Source of the DNA: an uncultured Verrucomicrobiae bacterium
GTDB lineage: Bacteria > Chlamydiota > Chlamydiia > Chlamydiales > Rhabdochlamydiaceae
Assembly (NCBI GenBank): GCA_963806855.1
Contig: CAWDYW010000001.1
Location: 800,001 to 864,000 of the forward strand
DNA length: 64,000 nt
Reading direction: 5' to 3'
Shown: positions 12,237-24,263 of the stretch, one piece after another
How the letters are laid out: every line of letters starts with the position of its first letter
Numbering within the stretch: the first letter of the stretch is position 1
Made by a program: the position numbers and the translations under genes
The notes under the pieces: model-generated
Database searches by the model: none
Told to the model about the DNA's origin: nothing
The model's input: the letters and a program-made list of their open reading frames with translations, nothing else

Positions 12237-12481
12237 TGAATAACCTGATGAATAAAATTTTGTCTTTAGCGGAAAAAGAGCGTGCGACCAAAGTGACTAA
12301 GGTGTCGGTGAAGCTTGGGGCTCTCTCCCATATGTCTCCTGAGCATTTTAAAGAGCATTTTGACATATCTGCCAAAGGGACAATTGCAGAAAATGCCATA
12401 ATCGATGCCGAAGAGGCCAGCGATATCAATGACCCGAATGCGCAGACGATTTTGCTCAAGAGCATCGATGTTGCAAACTGA
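12218..12481 (+). CDS. hypA: Nickel metallochaperone HypA (short form without Zn finger)
   Basis: MHEHSL Ni-binding start, VKLGALS; no cysteines. Confidence 0.8.
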   Translation: MHEHSLMNNLMNKILSLAEKERATKVTKVSVKLGALSHMSPEHFKEHFDISAKGTIAENAIIDAEEASDINDPNAQTILLKSIDVAN

Positions 12482-14768
12482 CTATCAGGATCGAGAGTGC
12501 TCATCACCATCTGCGGCTGTGTCAAGGGGTTGGATTTCGCCCTTTTATCTATCGATTGGCGCATGAGCACAAACTTGTAGGACACTATCAGCAATACCTG
12601 CATCGGGCGTCAAGATCGATGTGCAAGGGGCTACAGGAGTGCCATTTCAAAGTTTCAGAGCGATATCGTCCAGCAAAAGCCTGAGCGGGCAACGATAGCA
12701 GAGTTTGCAGTATGTCAAGCTCCTCTTTGTGATTTTACTTCTTTTCAAATCACAGCAAGTGAATCCGATTCGGATAAAGCTCTGGCTCTGCTTGCCCGAC
12801 ACTGCGATGTGCTAAGAATGCTTCAAGAGCTCTTCGATCCAAAAAACCGGCGGTACCAATATCCTTTTTTGCATTGCATCTCTTGCGGCCCGCGGTTTAG
12901 TTTGTTTTTGCAGCATGCCCTTTGACCGCGGCCATACGACGATGACGGAATTTTACATGTGCGAGGAGTGCCAGGATGAATATGCAAATCCGGAAAACCG
13001 CCGCTTTTATTCCCAGACAAACTGTTGCCCCAAATGCGGCCCGAAGCTTCAGCTTGTAGATGCATGGGAAATGGGATCGAAGGAGATCCTTAGTACGGCT
13101 GCAGTATTTTAGAGCAGGGAAAAATCGTGGCCATGAAAAACACTGGAGGCTACTTGCTCCTTGCCGATGCCGACAAATGAGGAGGCGGTGCAGCGGCTTC
13201 GATTGAGGAAACAGCGCCCAAGTAAACCTTTTGCCCTTTTGATGCCAAACCTTGCAGAGGTGGAGGCGATCGCCGATTTAGCCTTGTGGAAAAAGATGTT
13301 TTGACATCGCCTGCAGCTCCTATCGTCTTATTAAGAAAGAAAAATGGGACAAGCCATTGCCAATTCTGTATCCCATGAAAGTCCCTATTACGGTGTCATG
13401 CTTCCCCATAATGCCCTGCAGCATCTACTGCTTCATCATTTTGCAAGACCTCTTGTCGCAACAAGTGGAAATATATCCGGCAGGCCCCTTTGCATCACCG
13501 AGGAAGAAGCTTTTGAGACGCTTGTCATCTGTCGCCGATCTGTTTTTGATCCATAATCGCAAGATCAACCATCGGCTCGATGATTCGATTGTGCATGTGA
13601 TGGCAGGCCAGCCTGTTGTGATGAGAAAAGCAAGAGGATATACCCCTTCTGCTATTACGGTGCCAGACTCATCGCCAGAACCTTATTTGCCGCGGGCAGC
13701 CAAATGAAAAACAGTTTCGCTTTTTTGAAACAAGGGCAAATCTATATGAGCCAGTACATCGGGGATCTTGATTCTGTCGATAACTGCAGGGCTTATGATA
13801 GAGGAAGTCGATAACTGGGAAATCCTTCTTGGAATTCAAAATGTGAAAGGGGTTGGGTGACAAACACCCGGACTATTATAGCAGCGCAGTACCTGGAAAA
13901 AAGGAACATATCCTCAGAAACGATACAGCATCATCAAGCCCATGTATGGGCAGCGATGGTGGATAACAAACTACTCGCCCCCTTTTTTAGTATTTCGTGG
14001 GATGGCACAGGATGGGGCGATGATGCGACAGTATGGGGCGGGGAAGCATTTCTTGTTACAGAGGAGGGATGAAATAGAATCGCAAGCCTCTATCCCTTTC
14101 TGTTGCCCGGTGGAGAAAAGGCTGTTCGCGAGCCCAGGCGCTCGATGCTCGGACTTTTCTATGCGTTATTTGGCGATGAGATTCCTCCCATATAATGCAG
14201 TGCAGTCATTTACCAAAGAAGAACTAGCCGTATTATCGGCTTGCTCTTAAAGAAGAAATTAAATGCCCCATCTGCAGCAGCATGGGTAGGCTTTTCGATG
14301 CTGTCAGCGCAATCTTGGCTTTTGTCAGGTAAGCGATTTTGAAGGACAGGCAGCGCTTATTGCTTGAAACTGCGGCCTATCAAGCAGCAAACAATAGGAT
14401 TGCCTATGAGATGCCATTAGTAAAAGAAAAAAACTTGTTTTTGTTAGATTGGCGTCCAATGATAAAACAGATTTTTAAAGATAAAATACAAGGTGTTCCG
14501 CTTGCTGAATATAGCGATGGCCTTTCATGAGACTTTAGCGCGAGCAATCGTAGAGCTTGCAAAAATAGCAGGGAGAGAAACAGTCTTGCTAACCGGCGGT
14601 GTGATGCAAAATAAATTGCTTGTAGAAAAGGCGATCGCTTATCTAAAAGCAGCAGGTTTTAAACCTTATATCCATCGCGATATCCCCCCTAATGATGGAG
14701 GGATTGCTGTAGGGCAGCTGATAGGAAGATATATAAAACCAAGCAATGGAACAAAAATATGTGTCTAG
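12468..14768 (+). CDS. hypF: Carbamoyltransferase HypF (many frameshifts)
   Basis: GFRPFIYRLA, CISCGPRF, CPKCGP, ATSGN, QHHQAH, WDGTGWG and PPNDGGIAVGQ motifs. Confidence 0.9.
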
Positions 14769-14980
14769 CATTACCGGGTAAAATTCTCTCTATCAGAGAA
14801 GAGCTCGACTTGACCGATGGGAGAAGTCGATTTCTCCGGGGTAAAAAAATCGGTATGCCTTGCCTATACCCCTGAGGCTAAAGTGGGCGATTATGTGATC
14901 GTCCATGTGGGCTTTGCCATTAGCCTTTTGAATGAAACTCAAGCACAAGCCACCTTAGACTTATGATGAATATGAAATGA
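14759..14980 (+). CDS. hypC: Hydrogenase assembly chaperone HypC (frameshifted; end approximate)
   Basis: MCLALPG start and [13 protein letters not shown] motif. Confidence 0.85.
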
Positions 14981-16072
14981 AATACATCGATGAATTCAGA
15001 CAGTCTTCCCTTGTGAAGAAATGGGCTGATGCCCTGCATGAGATCACCACACGGCCATGGACGATTATGGAAGTGTGTGGAGGGCAAACTCATGCGATCG
15101 TCAAGTTCGGCCTTCAGGCTCTTCTGCCAAAAAATATACGTCTGATTCACGGACCCGGATGCCCTGTGTGTGTCACGCCGATTGAGCTGATCGATCATGC
15201 TTTGCATATTGCCTCCATACCTGGGGTGATATTTTGCTCTTTTGGCGATATGTTGCGCGTACCCGGCACGCATGACTAATCTGCTTACCCTGAAGGCAAA
15301 AGGCGCAGATGTACGCATCGTCCATTCTCCTCTGGATGCTGTAAAGATCGCTGAAGAAAATCCAAGCAAAGAGGTGGTATTTTTTGCGGTGGGTTTTGAG
15401 ACCACGGCGCCCCCCAATGCCATGGCAGCTTATCAAGCCAAAAGGCAGCGGCTTAAAAAATTTTTCCCTTTTAGCCTCCCATGTGCTGGTGCCTCCGGCT
15501 CTGCGAATTTCTTTTGCAGTCACAAGATAATGAAGTGCAAGGCTTTTTAGCCGCGGGCCATGTATGTACGGTCACAGGCTATAGCCAATATCACAGCCTC
15601 GCTCATGAACATCAAGTGCCTATTGTGGTAACCGGATTTGAGCCTTTGGATATCCTGCAGGGCCTTTATTTCTGTGTCGAGATGCTGGAAAAGGGGGAAT
15701 ATGCAGTGGTCAATCAATACCAGCGCTGCGTGCAGTGAGCAAGGCAACATCTCTGCGCAGGCCATTTTAGAAAGATGTCTTTAAAGTTGTTGAGCGCCCC
15801 TGGAGAGGGATCGGCGATCATACCAAGTAGCGGGCTTGGTTTGCAAGATCAGTATGCCGATTTTGATGCTGCGCTTCGATATCCTATGAAAGAAACAATG
15901 GCAGTCGCAAGATAATGGCTGCATCAGCGGTTTGATCTTGCAGGGCAAGAAAAAACCTTGCGAATGCCCTTTATTTGGTAATAAATGCACTCCCGAAACA
16001 CCCTTTGGTGCGCCGATGGTCTCCAATGAAGGGGCTTGCGCGGCCTATTATCATTATTCCAATTTACCATAA
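14977..16072 (+). CDS. hypD: Hydrogenase formation protein HypD (frameshifted)
   Basis: [31 protein letters not shown] and EGACAAYY motifs. Confidence 0.9.
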
Positions 16073-16085
16073 GGGAAATTATTTT

Positions 16086-17128
16086 ATGAACAACATCTCA
16101 TGTCCCGACATGATAGATGACAAGCAAGTGATCACACTAGCCCATGGCAGCGGCGGCAAACAGACAAGCCAACTCATTGAAAAAATCTTTCTTCCTGCAT
16201 TTAGCAATGACAAATTAGATATGCTCCATGACGGCGCCGTGCTAGACATCCCCGCCAATCAGATTGTGTTCACAACCGATTCTTATGTTGTGCAGCCTGT
16301 TTTTTTCCCAGGAGGCGATATCGGCAAGCTTGCCGTGACAGGAACTCTCAACGATCTTGCCATGTGCGGGGCCAGGCCCTATTACCTGAGCTGCGGCTTT
16401 ATCATTGAAGAAGGGTTTTTGCAAAGCGATCTGAAGCGAATCGTAGAGTCAATGAAAACAGAAGCGGAGGCCAATTCTGTTCAGATTGTCACAGGAGATA
16501 CCAAGGTCATAGAAAGGCAGACAGGAACGAATATTTTCATCAACACTAGCGGCATTGGCATCAGCATGGTGAAAGATCCTGTCCACCCCCATCGAATTCA
16601 GAAAGGGGATTGTATGATCCTCAGCGGAGATATCGGACGGCATGGGATGGCAATCATGGCTAAGAGAGAAGGTCTGGAGTTTTCATCGCCATTAATGAGC
16701 GACTGTGCTCCTTAGTTCCTATGATAGAGGCATTGCTTCGCGAAGGGATAGAAGTTCACTGCCTGCGCGACTTGACAAGAGGCGGCCTTGCGACAGCTCT
16801 TGTTGAGCTTGCTGAGACATCCAAAATGGAGTTTAGGATCAAAGAAGATGCGATTGGTGTGAGCGAGGCTGTCAATAGTGCCTGTGAGATTTTAGGGTTC
16901 GATCCTTTATATGTAGCCAATGAAGGGCGTTTTGTTGCTTTTATCCCAAAACATCAGGAAAAAGATGCACTTAAAATCTTAAGAGCATTTCCTGAAGGAA
17001 AAGAGGCCGGTATCATAGGTGAGGTGATCGGTCGATCTGTATCGCCTGGCGCGATATTAAAAAACTCTTTTGGGACCCAGCGATATCTTTATAGGCTTGT
17101 AGGGGATCAACTTCCGAGGATTTGCTAA
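16086..17128 (+). CDS. hypE: Hydrogenase carbamoyl dehydratase HypE (one frameshift)
   Basis: AHGSGG, TTDSYVV, GDTKV, RDLTRGG, ANEG and C-terminal LPRIC. Confidence 0.92.
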
Positions 17129-17133
17129 AAGCT

Positions 17134-17820
17134 ATGGATACAAATACTTCATGGATCATTTTAGTTTCTATGGCATTGACATTGGGAATCAGTCATGGTT
17201 TTGATTTAGATCATCTAGCCGCCATTGATGCCATTACAAGAACAGTTCGAGACAATCGATTTCTATCTAAAATTGTTGGTTTTTTATTTTCTCTTGGACA
17301 CGGCATTGTCGTTATTTTAATTAGCTTGATTATAGGCAGCGGCCTGATGGAGTCCCATATTCCAGAATGGCTTGATGGTTTTGGACAATGGATATCCATT
17401 GTGTTCTTATTAATTTTTGGAATCATTAAACCTTTACAATGTTTTCCAAAACAATCAAATCAGATAATGCCTGCTGAGACATAAAAAGCATTCTAGTTAA
17501 AAAAGCTAAGCATCAAAAAATACAATCCCATGCTGATTATGTCCATAGGCGCCCTATTTGCCTGTTCTTTTCGATACTTTTAGCCAAATTGCTTTGTTCT
17601 CAATCTCGGCTACCTTGCTATCAGGTTGGCTGTTCTCAGGTGATATTAGGTATTTTCTTCATGCTGGGCATGATGATATCCGATGGGATCAATGGGCTGG
17701 TAGTATCTGTTTTGATTCAGACGTGCAGATGGGATTTCTGTTGCTTTCTCGCAGCCTTGGACTGACAATTTCTATGTTTAGTTTAGGGGTTGGCTTTATT
17801 GGCATTATTTGAAATTCTAA
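17134..17820 (+). CDS. NiCoT (HoxN/HupN/NixA family) nickel transporter (frameshifted)
   Basis: HGFDLDHLAAID and FSLGHG motifs, FDT motif, hydrophobic helices. Confidence 0.82.
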
Positions 17821-17888
17821 CTCCGTTATTTTAAGACATTGAAAACATAGCTAAATTGCAGTACACAGATATATTGAGAGGGTTTACC

Positions 17889-17977
17889 TATACCACGACT
17901 CGCCCAAAAGTGTGAATTTGGACCCACGCGAAAGCTCTCGCGGTCCAAATTCACACTTTTGGGCGAGTCGTGGTATA
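17889..17977. repeat. ERIC-like palindromic MITE (89 bp)
   Basis: Perfect 36-bp inverted arms (tataccacgactcgcccaaaagtgtgaatttggacc) around a 17-nt centre; TA termini. Confidence 0.9.
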
Positions 17978-18007
17978 TCTTAAGTCTCAAAATAAAGTGA
18001 GTTGCTC

Positions 18008-20377
18008 ATGAAAACAGAAACACATTCCCCAGAACTTCTCCAGAAGATGGATGCCTACTGGCGGGCGGCCAACTATCTGTCCGTCGGTCAGATTTATCTC
18101 TATGATAATCCTCTACTTAAACGGCCTCTACAATTATCTGACGTGAAGCCGATTGTCGTCGGACATTGGGGCACTACCCCAGGTCAGAACTTCATTTATG
18201 TCCATTTAAACAGAGTCATTAAGAAATATGATCTGAATATGTTCTACATTGCAGGTCCAGGCCATGGCGGTCCTGCTTTGGTGGGCAATACTTACCTAGA
18301 AGGGACCTATAGTGAGATTTATCCCGATGTCAGCCAAGATGAAGCGGGGATGAAAAAACTATTTACTCAATTTTCGTTCCCAGGCGGGATTTCGAGCCAT
18401 GTTGCACCGACGACTCCAGGTTCAATTCACGAAGGGGGCGAGCTGGGCTATTCACTCAGCCATGCCTTCGGAGCTGCATTCGACAACCCAGATCTGATCG
18501 TCGCTTGTATCATCGGTGATGGTGAAGCGGAAACAGGTCCATTGGCAACGGCATGGCAATCGAATAAGTTTCTCGATCCAATTACTGACGGCGCAGTGCT
18601 GCCGATTCTCCACCTCAATGGCTATAAGATCAGTAACCCAACCGTCTTGGCCCGCATCGAGCCAGAGGAACTAGAGCAATTTCTACGAGGTTGCGGCTGG
18701 AATCCTTATTTTGTAGAAGGGAGTGAGCCAGAAAAGATGCATCAACTCATGGCTAGTGTTTTAGATGAGGTCATTGAAGAAATTCGAGAGATCCAAAGCA
18801 ATGCGCGCGGTAAGAATGACACTACCCGGCGGCGCTGGCCAATGATTGTCTTGAGATCGCCGAAGGGCTGGACAGGTCCAAAAGTCGTCGATGGCTTGCA
18901 AATTGAGGGGACATTCCGAGCCCATCAGGTACCGGTGCTGGTAGATGCTGAGCACCCCGATCATGTCCAGCTGCTTGAGAACTGGATGAAAAGCTATAAG
19001 GCTGAAGAGCTATTTGATGAGAAGGGGAGGCTGAACCCAGAATTGGCTGAGCTAGCGCCAAAGGGTGACCGGCGGATGGGAGCCAATCCTCATGCTAACG
19101 GCGGTATGCTGCTGCGCGATCTCCGCATGCCAGATTTCCACGTTCACGCGGTGAGTGTGCCAATGCCCGGCGCAGTCCTTGCACAAGATACGCTCGTTTT
19201 AGGCAAATTCTTACGCGATGTGGCCAAGCTGAATCAGGATCAACACAATTTCCGGATTTTCGGTCCAGATGAGACCCTCTCGAATCTCTTGGGAGCGGTA
19301 TTTGAAACGACCAATCGGCAGTGGGACGCCCGGGAAGTAAAAAATGATGAATTCCTTGCCCCCGCCGGTCAAGTGCTCGACTCGATGCTCAGCGAACACC
19401 AGTGCGAGGGGTGGTTGGAAGGGTATTTGCTCACCGGGCGTCATGGGCTGTTCAACAGCTATGAGGCATTCATTCGAATCGTCGATTCGATGTTCAGCCA
19501 GCATGCCAAGTGGCTAAAAGTTTGCTTGGAACTGCCTTGGCGCCGAAAAATCTCATCGCTTAACTATCTGCTCGCCTCCCATGTCTGGCAGCAGGATCAT
19601 AACGGCTTTACCCACCAAGACCCCGGTTTTCTCGATCACGTGATTAACAAAAAGGCCGACGTCGTTCGCGTTTACCTGCCGCCCGATGCCAATTGTCTGT
19701 TGTCGGTCTTTGATCATTGTCTTCGGAGCCGAAATTACGTCAATGTGGTGGTTGCCGGCAAACACCCGCTCCCGCAATGGCTGAACATGGATGCCGCAGT
19801 TATCCACTGTACTGAGGGAATTGGGATCTGGCAATGGGCTAGCAATGACCAAAACTCAGAGCCAGACGTAGTGATGGCCTGCTCTGGCGATACGCCCACG
19901 CTCGAGGTCTTGGCTGCCGTTTCGATTCTTCGTGAGCATCTGCCCGATCTGAAAATCCGGGTGATCAATGTCGTCGATCTGATGAAGCTTCAGCCTATGA
20001 GCGAGCACCCCCACGGCCTCTCAGACAAAGATTACGATTCTCTTTTCACTAAAGATAAGCACATCATCTTCGGCTTCCATGGATACCCCTGGCTAATCCA
20101 TCGGCTGGCTTATCGCCGAAATAACCGGAACCTCCATGTCCGAGGCTATAAGGAAGAGGGGACGATCACAACGCCCTTCGACTTAAGGGTGCAAAACGAT
20201 ATCGATCGCTTCCATCTGGTGCAGGATGTGGTTGATCGGCTGCCAGAGCTCGGTGGCAAGGGAGCCTACCTCAAGCAGAAGATGCAGGATAAGCTCATCG
20301 AGCACAAACTCTACGTCAATAAGCATGGCCAAGATATGGCCGAAATCCGGAATTGGAAATGGGGGAGCCTCAAATGA
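18008..20377 (+). CDS. xfp: Phosphoketolase (XFP family)
   Basis: [26 protein letters not shown] and [12 protein letters not shown] motifs; intact ORF. Confidence 0.96.
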   Translation: MKTETHSPELLQKMDAYWRAANYLSVGQIYLYDNPLLKRPLQLSDVKPIVVGHWGTTPGQNFIYVHLNRVIKKYDLNMFYIAGPGHGGPALVGNTYLEGTYSEIYPDVSQDEAGMKKLFTQFSFPGGISSHVAPTTPGSIHEGGELGYSLSHAFGAAFDNPDLIVACIIGDGEAETGPLATAWQSNKFLDPITDGAVLPILHLNGYKISNPTVLARIEPEELEQFLRGCGWNPYFVEGSEPEKMHQLMASVLDEVIEEIREIQSNARGKNDTTRRRWPMIVLRSPKGWTGPKVVDGLQIEGTFRAHQVPVLVDAEHPDHVQLLENWMKSYKAEELFDEKGRLNPELAELAPKGDRRMGANPHANGGMLLRDLRMPDFHVHAVSVPMPGAVLAQDTLVLGKFLRDVAKLNQDQHNFRIFGPDETLSNLLGAVFETTNRQWDAREVKNDEFLAPAGQVLDSMLSEHQCEGWLEGYLLTGRHGLFNSYEAFIRIVDSMFSQHAKWLKVCLELPWRRKISSLNYLLASHVWQQDHNGFTHQDPGFLDHVINKKADVVRVYLPPDANCLLSVFDHCLRSRNYVNVVVAGKHPLPQWLNMDAAVIHCTEGIGIWQWASNDQNSEPDVVMACSGDTPTLEVLAAVSILREHLPDLKIRVINVVDLMKLQPMSEHPHGLSDKDYDSLFTKDKHIIFGFHGYPWLIHRLAYRRNNRNLHVRGYKEEGTITTPFDLRVQNDIDRFHLVQDVVDRLPELGGKGAYLKQKMQDKLIEHKLYVNKHGQDMAEIRNWKWGSLK

Positions 20378-21396
20378 GTGCACAAGATCTTATAGATACC
20401 GCGAGAGCACTGGTCGCCGGAGACAAGGGGCTGCTGGCAATGGATGAAAGTACTCCAACATGCAACAAACGATTTGCCAAGTTGGCAATTCCCCAGACTG
20501 AAGAGGCCCGGCGCGCCTATCGAGAGTTGATTGTGACCACGCCTAATCTCGGTGAGTGCATAAGCGGCGCGATTCTCTTCGACGAGACGATCCGCCAAAA
20601 GAAAAAAGATGGCACTCCCTTTATTAAAGTCATTATCGATGCTGGAATCATTCCCGGCATCAAGGTGGACACTGGGGCCAAGGAGATGGCGGCTCATCCT
20701 GGAGAGAAAATAACAGAAGGTCTGGACGGATTGCGCGAGCGGCTGGCTGAATATTCACAAATGGGCGCCCGTTTTGCCAAGTGGCGCGCGGTGATTACCA
20801 TTGGCGATAGCATTCCCAGCTGGGGGTGCATCGAGGCCAACGCGCTGACTCTAGCTCGATATGCCGCCTTGTGCCAAGAGGCTGGACTGGTCCCGATCGT
20901 CGAGCCGGAAGTACTCATGGATGGCGAACATACGTTGGATCGATGTTTTGCGGTAACGGAAGAAGTTTTGCGTACAGTCTTCAATCAACTTTATACACAA
21001 CGAGTCATACTGGAGGGTATGATACTCAAGCCCAACATGGTACTCCCAGGATTGACCTGCCCCAAGCAAGAGTCGGTAGAAAAGGTAGCCGACGCCACAG
21101 TGAATTGCCTCCTGCGGAGCGTCCCCGCTGCTGTGGCCGGTATTGCATTCTTGTCGGGCGGTCAAAGCGGCGAATTGGCCTCAGCCCGTCTAAATGCCAT
21201 GAATATTAGATTCAAATCGCGACTTCCTTGGGCCTTGGCATTTTCATTTGCTCGCGCTATCCAACAGCCAGCTTTGGAGATCTGGCAAGGCAAGGAAGCT
21301 AACGTCCACGCGGCACAGCAAGCTCTCTATGCCCGAGCCAAATGCAACCAGGCTGCGCGCCGGGGTGAATATTCCGCCGTATTGGAAAAGACTTGA
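20374..21396 (+). CDS. Class I fructose-bisphosphate aldolase
   Basis: [31 protein letters not shown] and FLSGGQ motifs; ATGA-coupled to xfp. Confidence 0.95.
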   Translation: MSAQDLIDTARALVAGDKGLLAMDESTPTCNKRFAKLAIPQTEEARRAYRELIVTTPNLGECISGAILFDETIRQKKKDGTPFIKVIIDAGIIPGIKVDTGAKEMAAHPGEKITEGLDGLRERLAEYSQMGARFAKWRAVITIGDSIPSWGCIEANALTLARYAALCQEAGLVPIVEPEVLMDGEHTLDRCFAVTEEVLRTVFNQLYTQRVILEGMILKPNMVLPGLTCPKQESVEKVADATVNCLLRSVPAAVAGIAFLSGGQSGELASARLNAMNIRFKSRLPWALAFSFARAIQQPALEIWQGKEANVHAAQQALYARAKCNQAARRGEYSAVLEKT

Positions 21397-21403
21397 GAAC
21401 ATA

Positions 21404-23884
21404 ATGGGATCTGATGCTGACAAACCTGAGGACTTAAAATCTCTCCCTCTGGAAGAGGTAAAGAAAAAATTGGGATTCTCTCCGGATGGTCTTAGTGCAT
21501 CCGAGGCGGCAAAACGGCTGACTCAATATGGGCCTAATGAGATCGAAGAAAAGAAAACGAACCCGTTTCTAAAATTCCTCACCTATTTTTGGGGACCTAT
21601 TCCATGGATGATTGAAATAGCGGTGATTCTGTCCGGCGTGGTGCGCCACTGGCCCGATTTTTTCATTATTCTCCTTTTACTGCTTTCCAATGCCGTGGTC
21701 GGATTCTGGGAAGAATACAAGGCAGCAGGCGCCATTGCTGCCCTGAAAGCCGAGCTTGCGGTTAAGGCTCGAGTAAAACGCGATGGGAAGTGGAGCACTC
21801 CGGCTTCACGTGAGTTGGTCCCAGGAGATGTCATTCGATTGCGCTCGGGCGACATTGTCCCCGCGGATGCAAGGCTAATGGATGGCGATCCAGTAGAGGT
21901 AGATCAATCTGCATTAACGGGAGAATCGTTGCCCGTAGAGAAGAAATCAGGCGAGGCTGTGTTTTCAGGATCGATTGTCCGCCAAGGTGAAATCGGAGCA
22001 CTTGTCTACGGGACTGGTATGAATACCTACTTTGGTAAGACAGCGCAACTGGTGCAAGAGGCTCACACTGTTAGTCATTTTCAAAAGGCGGTTATGAAGA
22101 TCGGCGATTACCTGATCATTTTAGCAGGCGTTTTGGTTGCGGGAATTATTACCGTCGCGATCTTCCGAGGCGATCCGATACTCACTACATTGCAGTTCGC
22201 CTTAGTCCTGACCGTAGCCTCGATTCCCGTGGCAATGCCAACGGTATTATCGGTAACGATGGCGGTCGGGGCACGCTTGCTCGCCAAGAAAAAAGCGATT
22301 GTGAGCCGCTTGGTGGCTATCGAGGAGTTGGCAGGCGTAGATATTCTGTGTGCGGACAAGACCGGCACATTGACCCAGAACAAGCTAACACTCGGGGATC
22401 CATTCAGCGTAAACAATATCTCCACCGAGCAAGTGATCCTTTATGCCGCTCTTGCATCGCGCGAAGATGATAACGACGCCATTGATCTCGCCGTTTTGGG
22501 TGGTTTGAAAAGTAAAGATGCGCTCCAAGGTTATCAAATGGTCCATTTCCAGCCGTTTGATGCGGTGCATAAACGGACTGAAGCCACCATCAAGGATAAA
22601 GACGGCAAGGAATTCAAGGTGACAAAAGGGGCGCCGCAAGTAATTATGGCCTTGTCAGCCAATGCTGCCCAAGTGAAGGCCGCAGTTGCAAAAGCCGTCA
22701 ATGAATTCGCAGCGCATGGCTTTCGATCACTCGGAGTGGCGCTGGCTGATGGAGATGGCGGGTGGCAGTTTCTCGGCGTATTGCCCCTGTTCGATCCACC
22801 GAGAGAAGACGCCAAGGCAACTATTGCAACCGCAGAACAAATGGGCGTGAAGATCAAGATGGTGACTGGAGATCAACTCGCCATAGCCAAGGAGACTGCC
22901 AAAAAATTAGGGATGGGCACAGACATTCTCGATGCTACGGGCCTTGGCGATGTAAAGAAGCAAGAGACAGCTCAGATGGCCGAGTCGATCGAGAAGGCCG
23001 ACGGCTTCGCTCAGGTATTCCCCGAACACAAATTCCACATTGTGGATGTCCTGCAAAAACGAGGCCATATCGTCGGCATGACCGGCGACGGGGTGAATGA
23101 CGCGCCTGCACTAAAAAAAGCCGACTGTGGCATCGCCGTTTCAAGCGCGACGGATGCAGCTCGCGCGGCAGCGGCTATCGTGCTCCTAATGCCAGGTCTT
23201 TCCGTCATCATTGATGCGATCAAGGAGAGCCGCCGCATCTTCCAACGGATGAATAGCTACGCAATTTATCGCATCGCCGAGACATTACGCGTTCTGTTTT
23301 TCATGACACTATCCATTCTTGTCTTTAATTTTTATCCATTGACGGCAGTGATGATCGTGATGCTGGCATTGCTTAACGACGGCGCCATTCTATCTATTGC
23401 CTATGACAACGTCCATTATAAGAATCAGCCTGAAGGCTGGAATATGCGGATGGTGCTTGGGGTTGCAACAGCCCTCGGACTCATTGGTGTTGTGGCAGCC
23501 TTCGGCTTATTTTATCTCGGTGAACGCGTCTTCCATCTCGATCGTCCACATATCCAGACACTGATGTATTTGAAGTTGTCCGTGGCCGGGCACTTGACGA
23601 TTTTCCTGACCCGAACGCGCGGTCCATTCTGGTCCATACGCCCTGCAAATATTTTGTGGGGAGCGGTACTGGGCACGCAAATGATAGCGACTTTGATTGC
23701 AGTTTACGGACTCCTCATGACACCCCTCGGCTGGAAATGGGCTGGTTTTGTTTGGGGTTATGCGCTTGCCTGGTTTCTCGTCAATGACCAAGTGAAATGG
23801 CTCGCATATCGGATTTTTGATCCAGCCAAAAAACCTAAGCCTGACGCCAAGAAGGAGATCAAGAAAGATCGACCTCCTAAATAA
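21404..23884 (+). CDS. Plasma-membrane-type proton-efflux P-type ATPase (P3A, Pma1-like)
   Basis: GPIPWMIE, TGES, IPVAMP, DKTGT, KGAP, TGDGVNDAPALKKA and LNDG..IAYD motifs. Confidence 0.93.
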   Translation: MGSDADKPEDLKSLPLEEVKKKLGFSPDGLSASEAAKRLTQYGPNEIEEKKTNPFLKFLTYFWGPIPWMIEIAVILSGVVRHWPDFFIILLLLLSNAVVGFWEEYKAAGAIAALKAELAVKARVKRDGKWSTPASRELVPGDVIRLRSGDIVPADARLMDGDPVEVDQSALTGESLPVEKKSGEAVFSGSIVRQGEIGALVYGTGMNTYFGKTAQLVQEAHTVSHFQKAVMKIGDYLIILAGVLVAGIITVAIFRGDPILTTLQFALVLTVASIPVAMPTVLSVTMAVGARLLAKKKAIVSRLVAIEELAGVDILCADKTGTLTQNKLTLGDPFSVNNISTEQVILYAALASREDDNDAIDLAVLGGLKSKDALQGYQMVHFQPFDAVHKRTEATIKDKDGKEFKVTKGAPQVIMALSANAAQVKAAVAKAVNEFAAHGFRSLGVALADGDGGWQFLGVLPLFDPPREDAKATIATAEQMGVKIKMVTGDQLAIAKETAKKLGMGTDILDATGLGDVKKQETAQMAESIEKADGFAQVFPEHKFHIVDVLQKRGHIVGMTGDGVNDAPALKKADCGIAVSSATDAARAAAAIVLLMPGLSVIIDAIKESRRIFQRMNSYAIYRIAETLRVLFFMTLSILVFNFYPLTAVMIVMLALLNDGAILSIAYDNVHYKNQPEGWNMRMVLGVATALGLIGVVAAFGLFYLGERVFHLDRPHIQTLMYLKLSVAGHLTIFLTRTRGPFWSIRPANILWGAVLGTQMIATLIAVYGLLMTPLGWKWAGFVWGYALAWFLVNDQVKWLAYRIFDPAKKPKPDAKKEIKKDRPPK

Positions 23885-23907
23885 GATGAAGAATAATGCT
23901 AATCTGG

Positions 23908-24073
23908 TATACCCCGCCTCGCCCAAAAGTGTGAATTTGGACCGCGCCAAAGCCTCGAGGTTCAACTGTTTTTCCGAGGGTTGTATGTATTCGATACTAC
24001 CCTCGGAAAAACAGCTGAACCGCGAGAGCTTTGGCGCGGTCCAAATTCACACTTTTGGGCGAGGCGGGGTATA
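23908..24073. repeat. ERIC-like palindromic MITE, long form (166 bp)
   Basis: Near-perfect ~80-bp inverted arms from TATACCCCG to CGGGGTATA. Confidence 0.9.
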
Positions 24074-24164
24074 ACTGACTGGAAAGCATGTTGTATGTAT
24101 AACCATAAGAGGGGCTGAAATGAAAAACAAGAGCTCGTTTTCTGTATTAATATTTTTCATAATT

Positions 24165-24263
24165 ATAGCGATCGAATTTGTCGAAGACTACAAAAAAATA
24201 GGATTGGGCTACGGAGGCTATAGAGAGGACCAGGAATATTATGGCCAAAGCGGTCAAATCTAA
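24165..24263 (+). pseudogene. C-terminal remnant of a molybdopterin-dependent oxidoreductase (MsrP/YuiH-like)
   Basis: AIEFVEDYKKIGLGYGGYREDQEYYG...I* resembles that family's C-terminus; lies inside a 47-codon ORF at 24120-24263. Confidence 0.45.

Noticed and set aside
7220..17820. Programmed frameshifting, selenocysteine or an alternative genetic code
   Set aside because: The breaks are scattered indels without a shared slippery motif, the L2 motif has Cys, and intact genes use all three stop codons
23817..24074. ORFs through the palindromic MITEs (also 23507-23965 and 25888-26136)
   Set aside because: They are open frames created by the repeat and overlap real genes
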